A model generated the notes under the pieces. That model had not been told where the DNA came from. It searched no databases and saw only the letters and a program-made list of their open reading frames with translations. Below, piece by piece: positions 1 through 9,289 of a DNA stretch of 64,000 nucleotides (positions are counted from its first letter, which is position 1; each line of letters begins with the position of its first letter). The position numbers were made by a program, and so were the translations under genes. Source of the DNA: a virus; the IMG/VR virus record IMGVR_UViG_3300009788_000088, one strand, 5' to 3'.

Positions 1-72
1 CCCGACCGAACCCCCAATAGCAACACCAATCCTTATGTTTCTTCACCCCTAATCTTTTATCAGTGTTAGTTG

Positions 73-579
73 TCATCCCATTCCCCAATTCACCGTTTGT
101 TTGGCCCAATGGGGTCGGCCAATTTCCATATACTTCCCAGCGTACCACCAGAAGAATCTCTCCCGTTTATAAGACTCATTCGGGTAGAGTCCGGAACCAA
201 ACGGTTCGATAATGGCATAAACATAACTGTATTCAAAGATATCCATATGGTTCCCCAGAACACACTCAATAGCATCTGCTTCCGTATCAAAATATCCCGG
301 AGTTCGCTGATCCATCAACAGTGTTCCAACACATTCTCCTTTGCGGGGACCATAAAGAATGTATACGGGTTTATAGCCGATGGTAGTGACGAACCACTTC
401 ACGCCCTCATCATCGAATATGTATTTAGGATATTTCTTCAAGAGCCAGCTAAGGGATTTCTGGAGACGTGCCACCTTGTCTTTCAAATCTTTGGCGTCTG
501 TGTTATACGCCCGGACCACATCCCCAGCCTCTGTCAGAACGAAGGTCAATTGTTTCTGGAGCCATGACGGAATTTTCAT
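73..579 (-). CDS. hypothetical protein
   Basis: ORF; start moved to MKIPSW (GAGGTG SD) because the upstream part overlaps tRNA-Thr. Confidence 0.65.
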   Translation of the reverse strand: MKIPSWLQKQLTFVLTEAGDVVRAYNTDAKDLKDKVARLQKSLSWLLKKYPKYIFDDEGVKWFVTTIGYKPVYILYGPRKGECVGTLLMDQRTPGYFDTEADAIECVLGNHMDIFEYSYVYAIIEPFGSGLYPNESYKRERFFWWYAGKYMEIGRPHWAKQTVNWGMG

Positions 580-597
580 AATCACCTCAAAATAAAA

Positions 598-674
598 TGG
601 AGCCGGAGACAGGACTTGAACCCGCAACATCCGCATTACAAGTGCGGCGCTCTACCAATTAAAGCTACTCCGGC
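598..674 (-). tRNA. tRNA-Thr(TGT)
   Basis: Cloverleaf GCCGGAG/CTCCGGC, anticodon arm CCGCA-CT-TGT-AA-TGCGG, encoded CCA. Confidence 0.95.
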
Positions 675-862
675 CTTTCGTTTCTAATATAATTTTCAGA
701 ACCAACATCTTGAGCATCTCTGAAATGGTTGGCTAGATTTTCAGACCACTCTTCCCATTTCCGGCGTTCATCCATCTGTCCAGCTTGATTCCCGATGGAG
801 TACCCAGAAGCCCAGCCAGCCAGCAATCCAGTGATAAGCGCCAACCATATCCAGAACGCCAT
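665..862 (-). CDS. small membrane protein
   Basis: N-terminal hydrophobic helix, GGAGG SD, downstream of TATAAATA. Confidence 0.65.
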   Translation of the reverse strand: MAFWIWLALITGLLAGWASGYSIGNQAGQMDERRKWEEWSENLANHFRDAQDVGSENYIRNERPE

Positions 863-880
863 GATAAACCTCCAAGTAAA

Positions 881-888
881 TATTTATA
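881..888 (-). promoter_or_regulatory. T4-type late promoter TATAAATA
   Basis: Exact gp55 consensus, intergenic. Confidence 0.6.
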
Positions 889-1623
889 TCAAATTAATAA
901 TTGAATCAACATTGGAATTTCCTGTACTCCCCCTATTGGAGACGTTGGAATGTCAACTCCAAGCACTCCACCAAAAAATGCATCACCCTGATTGTAACAC
1001 ACGGGGTCCAAATTTGTTATAGTGTTATACCACTCTTGATACTTTTTATCATGTATCAAATCAAGGTGTCCCAACCAGACACAAAACTCTTGGAATGTCC
1101 TTTTGGTGATCCCCAGATAATCCTTGGAGATATCGTACTTGCCGTGTTCTCTTTCCCGGTGATAGGTAAGAGCCTTTTGGGTCCGGGCGCTCACCACTGA
1201 ACGAATCTCATCACCGTCTGGGTCAATCTCCCACGTGTCACACCATATATCTTCCCCGTCATCGACAATGCCGTGTTCCTTCAGCACGTCAGCTACTATA
1301 TCACGCCACGGGTTCCCACCGATACCTCCGAAGAACCGTCTATTGTATCCCCGGCCATACCGATAACTCCCCACTACGAAGATGGTATTCTGAGGGCCAC
1401 GTTTAGCATGAATTTCAAATCCACCGACAGTCAGATCACCCGCATTGATGTGGGCGATAGTCGGGTGTATATAATCCATGCCTTCAGTCCACATCTTCTT
1501 ATTGGACAGGTAGACCCAATTCTTGTAGATACGCAAAACTGTTCCACGAGGATTCTTAATCCAACCCACACCGGACTGTCCTTTATGATCAAAAGCTACT
1601 GTTGCCCAATTTGATAAAGCCAT
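889..1623 (-). CDS. hypothetical protein
   Basis: 244 aa ORF in packed operon. Confidence 0.75.
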   Translation of the reverse strand: MALSNWATVAFDHKGQSGVGWIKNPRGTVLRIYKNWVYLSNKKMWTEGMDYIHPTIAHINAGDLTVGGFEIHAKRGPQNTIFVVGSYRYGRGYNRRFFGGIGGNPWRDIVADVLKEHGIVDDGEDIWCDTWEIDPDGDEIRSVVSARTQKALTYHREREHGKYDISKDYLGITKRTFQEFCVWLGHLDLIHDKKYQEWYNTITNLDPVCYNQGDAFFGGVLGVDIPTSPIGGVQEIPMLIQLLI

Positions 1624-1624
1624 C

Positions 1625-1960
1625 TTACCACTCCTTTGGTATCAAGAATTCAATATGCCTCCTTAGACCCTCCTTACGGTGAGCGGACAGGGCACTCTTG
1701 TTGACCCTTTTCAGAATACTCTCCAGAGCTTCCTTATCCCGCACTAACTTCTCCACCTCGTCTGGATGTTTGGAACACTGAGTTTCAATTTCTTCTCGTT
1801 TGAAGTTTGGTACATATTTTATTTTGGCACCACACTTAAACTTGACATGTTCAAACTGTTCGCCAGAGCAATGGGTAGAAGATACATACAACCCCTGTAC
1901 CTCTGCGCCGCAGATTGGACAACGCTCATAATTAAGATGCTTCAACGGCCACATTTTCAT
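1625..1960 (-). CDS. hypothetical Zn-ribbon protein
   Basis: CPICG and CG motifs; GGAG SD before MKMWPLK. Confidence 0.65.
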   Translation of the reverse strand: MKMWPLKHLNYERCPICGAEVQGLYVSSTHCSGEQFEHVKFKCGAKIKYVPNFKREEIETQCSKHPDEVEKLVRDKEALESILKRVNKSALSAHRKEGLRRHIEFLIPKEW

Positions 1961-1962
1961 AA

Positions 1963-2322
1963 TTACTCCTTCCGTGGAAGCAACTTGTAAAAGCCCCAAA
2001 ATTCTATCAAGGTGGCCTCCGTCACCTCTTTCCATTTAATATGAGGACAATGAGTTTTTAGGATACGGCGAATAAGAGCATAATGATCATCATCCATCGT
2101 GGCCGCAATAGTCTGTCCAGTATACCACGTGTTGGAATCCTGACCATAATTTCTACCAGTCTTGCGAGACCATTTCTCTTCCCGGCCATCCTTTATGGTC
2201 ACAATCATGGCCTTCGTAAGACGGACCACTTTTGTAAGTCTGGTAGGGCCGTGGTAGTGATCGTGGATCGTCACCTTATCCCCAACCTCAAGGTCTTGGA
2301 TATTCTCTTCAGCTTCCCACAT
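1963..2322 (-). CDS. hypothetical protein
   Basis: ORF with GGAG SD before MWEAEE. Confidence 0.65.
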   Translation of the reverse strand: MWEAEENIQDLEVGDKVTIHDHYHGPTRLTKVVRLTKAMIVTIKDGREEKWSRKTGRNYGQDSNTWYTGQTIAATMDDDHYALIRRILKTHCPHIKWKEVTEATLIEFWGFYKLLPRKE

Positions 2323-2324
2323 GG

Positions 2325-2690
2325 TTACTCCTTCTTTGAACATGCTTTAACATGGCGATTAAAATTTGCCACTGGTCCCCGAAAATTGTATCGCTGACCG
2401 TTTCCCCAATATCCCACTATTCTCCCTATTCCTTTATTTTTATAAAATGCTGGAAACGTTTTTTTGCAGTGAGGACAGACATAACCAAATAACGGAATTT
2501 CTTTATCTTCCAGTATCACGATTTCCGCTTCGGGGTCAATATGATCCTCACAAATCATGTTTGAGTTTCCGTCATATGGATAATGGTCAGGACCACAAAG
2601 ATATATTTTATCAGCCGGAAAATCTTTTCGGCAAACATAACACGTGGCGTCCTCTTCCGCCGGAAAAATTATGAAAGGTAAGAGGTTCAT
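2325..2690 (-). CDS. hypothetical Cys-rich protein
   Basis: CxxC pairs; packed operon. Confidence 0.6.
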   Translation of the reverse strand: MNLLPFIIFPAEEDATCYVCRKDFPADKIYLCGPDHYPYDGNSNMICEDHIDPEAEIVILEDKEIPLFGYVCPHCKKTFPAFYKNKGIGRIVGYWGNGQRYNFRGPVANFNRHVKACSKKE

Positions 2691-2698
2691 AAATTCAT

Positions 2699-2866
2699 TC
2701 AGACGCCACCAACGACATCCAGTTCCTCTTCTACCGAAAGGTCTTCCCTTTCATCATGTGCCTCATCTTCTCGGCGTAAACATTCCATGCAATCCGGGTC
2801 AGCATAAGGGTCTGAATCATCGAACCCAAGGTCAGCCCCACAACAGCAACATGTTAATCTAGCCAT
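2699..2866 (-). CDS. small acidic Cys-rich protein (55 aa, MARLTCCCCG...)
   Basis: Read manually; GGAGG SD; below ORF-track cutoff. Confidence 0.55.
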   Translation of the reverse strand: MARLTCCCCGADLGFDDSDPYADPDCMECLRREDEAHDEREDLSVEEELDVVGGV

Positions 2867-2878
2867 GATAAACCTCCC

Positions 2879-3217
2879 TTATTTGTCTTTAAATTCCTCA
2901 ACCAGTTTCTCTACCTCTTCGTACCAACCGGGAACAGTATAAAATAATCTGATTGCAGATGTTTCTACTGGAAACGTTTTGAACAACCGCATAAGATTTC
3001 CACTATCTGCCCGATGGACGTTATCAAAAAAAGCCATCCAAAAACCACCAAACCGTCCTGTCTGCCATTTATAAGCGATCTCTTGTTCTGGTTCAAGGAA
3101 TGGATACTTCCTATCAGTTAAACAATAAGGCTCATAATGACCAGCTTCAGTTTCAGCCCTATGCCTGATATCTTCAGTCATATAAAACACCGCCAACGTA
3201 GCCTCGTCTTTGCTCAT
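2879..3217 (-). CDS. hypothetical protein
   Basis: AAGGAG SD, directly after a sigma70 promoter. Confidence 0.65.
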   Translation of the reverse strand: MSKDEATLAVFYMTEDIRHRAETEAGHYEPYCLTDRKYPFLEPEQEIAYKWQTGRFGGFWMAFFDNVHRADSGNLMRLFKTFPVETSAIRLFYTVPGWYEEVEKLVEEFKDK

Positions 3218-3242
3218 TATACTATCTCCTTTCAACATCTAT

Positions 3243-3270
3243 AATGTAACACATTAAGGGATAGTGTCAA
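3243..3270 (-). promoter_or_regulatory. early sigma70-type promoter TTGACA-16-TACATT-ATAGATG
   Basis: Matches the repeated early promoter at 57.5-59.8 kb. Confidence 0.6.
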
Positions 3271-3315
3271 GGAGAAATATATATAAGAAACGTGAATAGA
3301 TTTTGAATAGAAAAG

Positions 3316-3391
3316 TGGTCGGAGTAGGAGGATTCGAACCTCCGTCCCATGGCCCCAAACCATGCGCTAAACCAGTCTCAGCTATACTCCG
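3316..3391 (-). tRNA. tRNA-Pro(TGG)
   Basis: Cloverleaf, CATGG-TT-TGG-GG-CCATG, CCA. Confidence 0.95.
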
Positions 3392-3506
3392 ACATATTTA
3401 CGAATAGAAATGTGAATAGATTGTGCATAGTAACTCCTAACCCACAGGAGTTACTATGCTAGATTGGCCCCAGTAGTAAAGGATGCCTACGTTAAGGGTG
3501 TACGTC

Positions 3507-3731
3507 TTATGCTTTAAGCAACGACCCCAGCCCAAAACGCAGGACTTTCTTATGTGAGAAAGCGAATTCAAACTCAATTTGCTCTGGCTGTCTGAAAAAC
3601 AATTCAGCCATTTTTTCCACAGCGCACGGGCCACAAGGTTCTATAATGGGTTCATCCTGTCTTACCCGAAAAACCTCATAGGTCGTTTTGCATTCTGGAC
3701 ATTTCGCTTTCTGGTTCATTAAAAACGCCAT
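3507..3731 (-). CDS. hypothetical Zn-ribbon protein
   Basis: CPEC...CGPC; GGAG SD. Confidence 0.6.
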   Translation of the reverse strand: MAFLMNQKAKCPECKTTYEVFRVRQDEPIIEPCGPCAVEKMAELFFRQPEQIEFEFAFSHKKVLRFGLGSLLKA

Positions 3732-3750
3732 CTACGTCTCCAAAAATAAT

Positions 3751-3823
3751 TGGTGGAGCGATAGGGAATTGAACCCTAGTTCCTCTGAGTGCAAATCAGC
3801 GATCCAGTCCCGCTGGCCGCCCC
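3751..3823 (-). tRNA. tRNA-Ala(TGC), reduced D arm
   Basis: G3:U70, A73, CTGA-TT-TGC-AC-TCAG, T loop, CCA. Confidence 0.85.
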
Positions 3824-3840
3824 ATATATACCTTCTACAA

Positions 3841-4269
3841 CTATTTATCTTCGTAGGAGAGAAATACCTTTCTACTCATCGAGACAATCTCTCCAACAGT
3901 CTTTTCCATTTCCACCATAGTATCCCTTGATGGTTGCAATTTATGGTGGAAAATTTTCTTGACCAATTCGTGTATCATCTTCCGACCACTATAACAGGCC
4001 AGACAGTAACGAGTGATAGACGGCGCTTCTGTAATATCACTCGGATTCTGTGGGATATCTTCTTCTATCTGCATGGCCGCTGGGGTAAATCCACATAGAT
4101 CACATTGTGGAACAGGAATGGAATATGTGGTAATGTCTTTATCAGCCACCGCCGGGTCTATCACGATAATCTCTTCCCCCACACTTACAGGAGAAGCCGG
4201 ACAATCTCCCCAATGCCCCCCAAGTTTTTTACCTTTACATTTTTTAGACCCATCACAGTCCATTTTCAT
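3841..4269 (-). CDS. hypothetical protein
   Basis: 142 aa ORF, CxxC motifs. Confidence 0.6.
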   Translation of the reverse strand: MKMDCDGSKKCKGKKLGGHWGDCPASPVSVGEEIIVIDPAVADKDITTYSIPVPQCDLCGFTPAAMQIEEDIPQNPSDITEAPSITRYCLACYSGRKMIHELVKKIFHHKLQPSRDTMVEMEKTVGEIVSMSRKVFLSYEDK

Positions 4270-4504
4270 TTATTTCCTTTTCATCAAGACGGGAAAGAAA
4301 AATTCCAATGCGATCCTCCAAACGCTCAGCATCGCTTTTATGAGCAAGCGTGTTATGAGGGGTTTGTGTTATATATTCATAAAAAATCTCATCCCACAAT
4401 TCTTTATAACATTTCATTCTTAATCCTCCTTTTCACCATCCGGTGAAAATCATGTTTTGGGTGAAATTTCATCAGAAGATGGTTTAATTTCAACCACCCC
4501 CTCA

Positions 4505-4792
4505 TTAGTTCAACATCGCTCCCTTTGGAACATTAAGACTTTCTAATAGTTCCGTATTTTGATCTTGCATGTCAACTATAGTGCCGGGAGATGGGTGTTT
4601 ATCCGGTCCATCCCATTTAAGAACAAGGATGTGAGTCCCGTTATTCCAGACAACAAACGGATATACACCCACCATCACAACAATTCCCCGTTGTATCGGA
4701 ACAAGATGAGAGACCGCCAAAATCATTGCCTGTTCGTGAATAGTCAAATCGTGGGTCACTTCTTTTATTTGAAGAGTCTTTTCTCCAGTCAT
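4505..4792 (-). CDS. hypothetical protein
   Basis: ORF with overlapping start/stop. Confidence 0.55.
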   Translation of the reverse strand: MTGEKTLQIKEVTHDLTIHEQAMILAVSHLVPIQRGIVVMVGVYPFVVWNNGTHILVLKWDGPDKHPSPGTIVDMQDQNTELLESLNVPKGAMLN

Positions 4793-5031
4793 AAATCAAC
4801 CTCAAAACAGTATAACTTAATATGCGAATTTTCTGGTTCGCCGGGTTGGACGTAAAATTCTAGCCGCTCTACCTCATACTTCCGAATGATACCTTTGATG
4901 TTCACGAGAAGCCGTTCTCCCGATTTCGGTAAAACGGATAGATGAAAAGTGGATATGGGAGCATTCCCATCCATCAAAAAAACTTTTATCATACCGTTGA
5001 TCCTTCTTGAAAGTCTGGACTCTTTCTCCAC
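4789..5031 (-). CDS. hypothetical protein
   Basis: ORF; start uncertain. Confidence 0.5.
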   Translation of the reverse strand: MEKESRLSRRINGMIKVFLMDGNAPISTFHLSVLPKSGERLLVNIKGIIRKYEVERLEFYVQPGEPENSHIKLYCFEVDL

Positions 5032-5504
5032 CCCGATGGTTCATGTTTCAACCTATTCCCCGTTTGATCAATAAAAGATGCCTGATCCTCATCCCTCAGA
5101 GGTTCCATGGCTTTGTGCATCCTCATAATGATATCAAAAAGATCGGAGTTATCACCTTCCTTGGCCCGTGCAATACAAACCTCCAAAGGCACATCAAAGA
5201 CCGCCCAGATAATCCGAGGGTGCATCATACGCCACATGATCCGGCGCTTCTCTGTGGTGTTAGTAGCATCGATAATAACTCCCCGGTGTCCAGCTTCATA
5301 CAGGGCACGGGTCATAGTCTGGGCGATACCCCACACCATAGGTTCAGCATCCCCATAAAAAGCTTGACCGTGAAGGGCCAACCGGATAGCGTCCGGGTTG
5401 ACGATAGCGTATCCTTTTTCCTTGGCCATCTTTTTGGCCCATGTGGATTTACCGCTCCGGGGGAGACCAATGGTCACTATCATAAGGGTTGACGGGTCAA
5501 TCAT
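4989..5504 (-). CDS. P-loop kinase, polynucleotide 5'-kinase-like (AAA_33; PseT kinase domain only)
   Basis: GLPRSGKST Walker A, D-x-I-R, IIDATN, C-x-x-R motifs. Confidence 0.8.
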   Translation of the reverse strand: MIDPSTLMIVTIGLPRSGKSTWAKKMAKEKGYAIVNPDAIRLALHGQAFYGDAEPMVWGIAQTMTRALYEAGHRGVIIDATNTTEKRRIMWRMMHPRIIWAVFDVPLEVCIARAKEGDNSDLFDIIMRMHKAMEPLRDEDQASFIDQTGNRLKHEPSGWRKSPDFQEGSTV

Positions 5505-5938
5505 TCAAATATTCCCGGCGTAATGAATCGAATTTCTAACCACATATTAAGAAACCTCGTAGCTTCATGAGCCGCATAAACATAATGCAATTCTTCTAAG
5601 CTTTGAACGATAAGCACCAGAACAGGAGTTCTCCCAGTCATACCTGTATAATGAATTATCCGCCCAAACCCCTCTTTCCATTCGTAAGCCCATACTAATT
5701 CAATAACCTCTGATTCGGTTATAATGTCAATCTGACTTTGATCTATAAGAACGGCTCCCACCCCCACTTCTTGATCAGTATAATCCGTAATTAACCCGGC
5801 GTATGCATCCCGGTAATTATCTTTAGTATACTGAAGAGTTTCGACAGTCTCTCCCGATTCCGGGGTATTGGCTATGACCGGAACAGCGAAGACCAAAGAA
5901 AAGGCCAATACTAACAGGATAATACTCAACTTTTTCAT
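5501..5938 (-). CDS. secreted hypothetical protein
   Basis: Signal peptide MKKLSIILLVLAFSLVFAVPVIA; AGGAGG SD. Confidence 0.7.
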   Translation of the reverse strand: MKKLSIILLVLAFSLVFAVPVIANTPESGETVETLQYTKDNYRDAYAGLITDYTDQEVGVGAVLIDQSQIDIITESEVIELVWAYEWKEGFGRIIHYTGMTGRTPVLVLIVQSLEELHYVYAAHEATRFLNMWLEIRFITPGIFE

Positions 5939-5959
5939 AACAACCTCCTGTGAATTATA

Positions 5960-6034
5960 TGGTCCCGGTGATTGGATTCGAACCAATGTGCCCCGCCTTA
6001 TCGGGACGGTGCTAAGCCGCTTAGCTACACCGGG
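5960..6034 (-). tRNA. tRNA-Ile(GAT), C33 variant
   Basis: Cloverleaf, CCGTC-CC-GAT-AA-GGCGG, CCA. Confidence 0.85.
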
Positions 6035-6267
6035 CGACTGTTCTTCCAACATGAGTGGGGATAAAAACCCCAACACCCACATTCTTGGATACCGAATTTG
6101 TATTTCATTTCCTCACCATACTGTTCTTCAATCCAAACCTTTATCTGTTCACCTAGTTCATTCATCATTATAAAAAACAGTTCTTCCTTAATATCCATAT
6201 TATAGATGGTTTTCTGTGTCTTGTCAAAGACTTCAGTATTGAACTTAACCGTTCCAATGAATTCCAT
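6025..6267 (-). CDS. hypothetical protein
   Basis: 80 aa ORF between tRNAs. Confidence 0.5.
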   Translation of the reverse strand: MEFIGTVKFNTEVFDKTQKTIYNMDIKEELFFIMMNELGEQIKVWIEEQYGEEMKYKFGIQECGCWGFYPHSCWKNSRPV

Positions 6268-6283
6268 GTGAATTCCTTATATT

Positions 6284-6358
6284 TGGTGAGTCTGGTAGGG
6301 CTTGAACCTACGGCATTCTGGGTGTAAACCAGATGCTCTCCCACTGAGCTACAGACTC
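6284..6358 (-). tRNA. tRNA-Val(TAC)
   Basis: Cloverleaf, TCTGG-TT-TAC-AC-CCAGA, CCA. Confidence 0.95.
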
Positions 6359-6361
6359 GTT

Positions 6362-6437
6362 TGGTGGGACTGGCTGGTATTGAACCAACTACGCCCTGAT
6401 CTTCAATCAGGCGCTCTACCGTTTGAGCTACAGTCCC
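6362..6437 (-). tRNA. tRNA-Phe(GAA)
   Basis: Cloverleaf, CCTGA-TT-GAA-GA-TCAGG, CCA. Confidence 0.95.
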
Positions 6438-6638
6438 ATTATTGCACCAACATAAAATATGTTTGGTGTGTCAACCTTATTAACAAATATGAAAACCCGT
6501 TTCGACAATTCCTTTGAACCTCTCCAGTAAAGTTTGGGTGTGGTCCAACCAACAACGGTGGAAATCTGTGGTTTAATAAAGGGATTGTCATTTTTGGATA
6601 TAACATCATAATCTGTCCTTTTGGATCATATATTAACC

Positions 6639-6667
6639 ATTATAGCAGTTAATGGTTAATATGTTAC
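6639..6667 (-). promoter_or_regulatory. putative middle promoter GTAACA-17-TATAAT
   Basis: One of five RTAACA-N17-TAnnAW copies; overlaps a 13-bp inverted repeat (6630-6662). Confidence 0.55.
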
Positions 6668-6735
6668 TCATTATCTTTTGACATCATTCGCAGTAAGTAC
6701 CAGTAAAACTAGGTCTTACAGCAATTATTGTCAAG

Positions 6736-6811
6736 TGGTAGGGGTGGCTGGATTCGAACCAGCAACTCTTGAGTTTTGAACCCAATGCCTCTGCCGTTGG
6801 GCCACACCCCC
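6736..6811 (-). tRNA. tRNA-Leu(CAA), short variable loop
   Basis: TTGGG-TT-CAA-AA-CTCAA, A73, CCA. Confidence 0.9.
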
Positions 6812-6814
6812 TTA

Positions 6815-6892
6815 TGGTACGCCTCCCCGGAGTCGAACCGGGAGTCAACAGATTTTAAGTCTGTTTGCGATTGCCAATTAGCATAGAGGCGC
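6815..6892 (-). tRNA. tRNA-Leu(TAA), short variable loop
   Basis: ACAGA-CT-TAA-AA-TCTGT, CCA. Confidence 0.9.
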
Positions 6893-6963
6893 ATAATGAT
6901 ACTTTTATTGTGCATTAAGCAACTATTCTATAGCTTATGTCCTATAAAAGCGACATTATATTT

Positions 6964-7038
6964 TGGCGACTCAGAAGGGAATTGAACCCTCATACACTTG
7001 CTCGACAGGCAAGCGACCTACCAATGGTCCACTGAGCC
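6964..7038 (-). tRNA. tRNA-Asp(GTC)
   Basis: CTTGC-CT-GTC-GA-GCAAG, G73, CCA. Confidence 0.95.
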
Positions 7039-7041
7039 AAT

Positions 7042-7116
7042 TGGGGTAACCGTCCAGAGTTGAACTGGAATCATCCGGGTCACAGCCGGACACTCTACCA
7101 TTGAGTTACGGCCACC
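7042..7116 (-). tRNA. tRNA-His(GTG)
   Basis: TCCGG-CT-GTG-AC-CCGGA, G-1:C73, CCA. Confidence 0.95.
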
Positions 7117-7152
7117 ATTAATGGGGTAATGAAATGTCTAAATAGGGTAATA

Positions 7153-7758
7153 TCACCCCTCCATTACCTCCTTTTCGAAAGTTCTGACGGCCAAGTCACT
7201 ATTCGTGATCAAATACTTGGACGCTTCATCATAATAATCCATCGTGGTGCAGACAACCTCCGATACCCCTGCGTTGATGATCTCAATCAAACAATCCTTA
7301 CAGGGAACCGGGCAATTTATATACATCGTGGTATCTAAAGTTGCGCTACCATTTTTAGCCGCTTGAATAAGTGAATTTCTTTCAGCATGTCCGGCTACAC
7401 AGTATTCAAGACCTTCCCCGGACTTGAAACCAAAGAAGTATCTGGGACATATTAGATCATCTGGATCAGGACCGTAGTCCATCTCACAGACCTTATTTTC
7501 AACCATGGGGTCAATATGATACCGTTCCGAACAAACTGGAACTCCGACTGGGGGACCATTATACCCAGTTGAAACAATGGACTTGTCACGGGTCAGCACT
7601 GCTCCAATTTTCCGGGAGAGACACTGGGAATTACTACCCACAGCATCGGCCACACGCAGGAAATACCCATCCCACCGTACTTGCTTCAGCCGTGCCCGTT
7701 CTGCCCGTTTAGCACCATAATCTCCATCTGGTCCCGGTCCATAAACTACTGTATGCAT
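7153..7758 (-). CDS. cd: dCMP deaminase
   Basis: STGYNGPP, HAERN and PCxxC zinc-deaminase motifs. Confidence 0.92.
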   Translation of the reverse strand: MHTVVYGPGPDGDYGAKRAERARLKQVRWDGYFLRVADAVGSNSQCLSRKIGAVLTRDKSIVSTGYNGPPVGVPVCSERYHIDPMVENKVCEMDYGPDPDDLICPRYFFGFKSGEGLEYCVAGHAERNSLIQAAKNGSATLDTTMYINCPVPCKDCLIEIINAGVSEVVCTTMDYYDEASKYLITNSDLAVRTFEKEVMEG

Positions 7759-7921
7759 TATGATTTCTCCAATGGTTTGTTTTTCAATTGTATTTCCTCA
7801 GAATGACTTTTCCAATCTTCCCCTCTTAAATACTTAGCGGCTATCAACTGTCCCAACCATTGAGGACGATTAATAATCTCCCTAAGAACTTCCTCCATTT
7901 CTATTATTTTTTGTTTAGACA

Positions 7922-8503
7922 TTATCCCTTTCTCCTGAAACACCCTAACGCAAATTCACTGTTCGGTTTCCATCCCAGATAGAACTCCCAATACTTTCCC
8001 TTCTTGTTCCTTGCGGTTTGAAAACTGATGAATGGAAGAGCGATAGCCCACCGTTCTCCGGGTAGAGGCCACATGGTATCCTTCCCGTTCCAATCCTCTC
8101 CTGTCCAGCCCCGGTTATCTCCTCGTTCCCTTGTCCACCAATCCCGTTTGTCCCAGAACCCAAGGACGTACCTGTCAAGATTACAGGTTGGGTTCCTCCA
8201 TCCCCACGCAATTTTTCGAAACCACTGGGGCCACGTCGGATGGAACCAGTCATTTTTTACTGGCGTTCCATCGGCGGGAATGGCGTACACAGGGTCATCA
8301 TCGTTAAGCATCCACCACCACGGATTAATTTTCTGCTTCCATGTAACGGGTGCTTTTGATTTCCGGTAATAATCCTTGGGCCACTCAGACTTACCGTGAG
8401 CAAGATTCACCCCAAGGAAAAACAGAACCACTATGGCCAGAATGATGGGAACCTTCCAAACCATAACCCCTAAAACTCCGAACATTATTAGTCTACCTAT
8501 CAT
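7922..8503 (-). CDS. Trp-rich membrane-anchored protein
   Basis: Hydrophobic N-terminus, WxWRNP motif; start moved clear of tRNA-Arg. Confidence 0.65.
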   Translation of the reverse strand: MIGRLIMFGVLGVMVWKVPIILAIVVLFFLGVNLAHGKSEWPKDYYRKSKAPVTWKQKINPWWWMLNDDDPVYAIPADGTPVKNDWFHPTWPQWFRKIAWGWRNPTCNLDRYVLGFWDKRDWWTRERGDNRGWTGEDWNGKDTMWPLPGERWAIALPFISFQTARNKKGKYWEFYLGWKPNSEFALGCFRRKG

Positions 8504-8521
8504 AACATATCCTTTCAAAAA

Positions 8522-8598
8522 TGGAGCCCCCGGCAAGATTCGAACTTGCATTCCGTCTGGTTCGTAGCCAGATGCGTTCTCCATTACGCAACGGAGGC
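8522..8598 (-). tRNA. tRNA-Arg(ACG)
   Basis: TCTGG-CT-ACG-AA-CCAGA, CCA. Confidence 0.93.
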
Positions 8599-8662
8599 TT
8601 GTATATTTTCATACAAGAACTTGTATACATCAATACAAATTCTTGTATGGCTGTATAAAAAA

Positions 8663-8738
8663 TGGAGCGGATAGAGAGATTCGAACTCTCGCATAAGAGG
8701 GTGGAAGCCTCTCGCCTTAGCCGCTTGGCCATACCCGC
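8663..8738 (-). tRNA. tRNA-Gly(TCC)
   Basis: AGAGG-CT-TCC-AC-CCTCT, U73, CCA. Confidence 0.95.
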
Positions 8739-8906
8739 TAAACTGTGTTTTTCGTAGCATGGGCAGTATTGATAACCATCGAAGCATCAAACCATCTCAA
8801 GTCTTGGCTCTTAGTTAATTCAACCCCAGAAGCCTCAATTTCATGAAGGATGTCGCTTAATGATTCTGCCGCCTCTAATAAGGTCATCAAAACCTCCGAT
8901 ATTATT

Positions 8907-8980
8907 TGGTAGGGGCACAGAGAATCGAACTCCAGTCAGAGGGTTAAAAGCCCACTGCTTTGCCACTAAGCTATACCCCC
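8907..8980 (-). tRNA. tRNA-Lys(TTT)
   Basis: GTGGG-CT-TTT-AA-CCCTC, CCA. Confidence 0.93.
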
Positions 8981-9010
8981 ATATATATTATAACATATCC
9001 ACCGAATAAA

Positions 9011-9289
9011 TCATCTCTCATCAATTTTATGAATACACTCAAACCCAACCCCCTTCTTTGCCAAATTTTGATAATACTCCGGAGCAGGGGGGATTTTCAA
9101 AAAACGTTCTCTTCCCAATAACCTCATCTCAGCATCATATGTTTTCGAAAAATCTTCAAAGGCTTCTTCAGGAGTATCACCTTGTCCGACAATATCTCTC
9201 TGAAGACCCTGTGCCGCAAAAACCCCATCCTCTTCCAAAAGAATGAAAGTTACTTGAGTGTCTTCATCCATTTGTATAAAGTTAATCAT
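9011..9289 (-). CDS. HicB-like fold protein
   Basis: EEDGVFAA...GQGDTPEEA pattern of the HicB N-terminal domain. Confidence 0.55.
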   Translation of the reverse strand: MINFIQMDEDTQVTFILLEEDGVFAAQGLQRDIVGQGDTPEEAFEDFSKTYDAEMRLLGRERFLKIPPAPEYYQNLAKKGVGFECIHKIDER

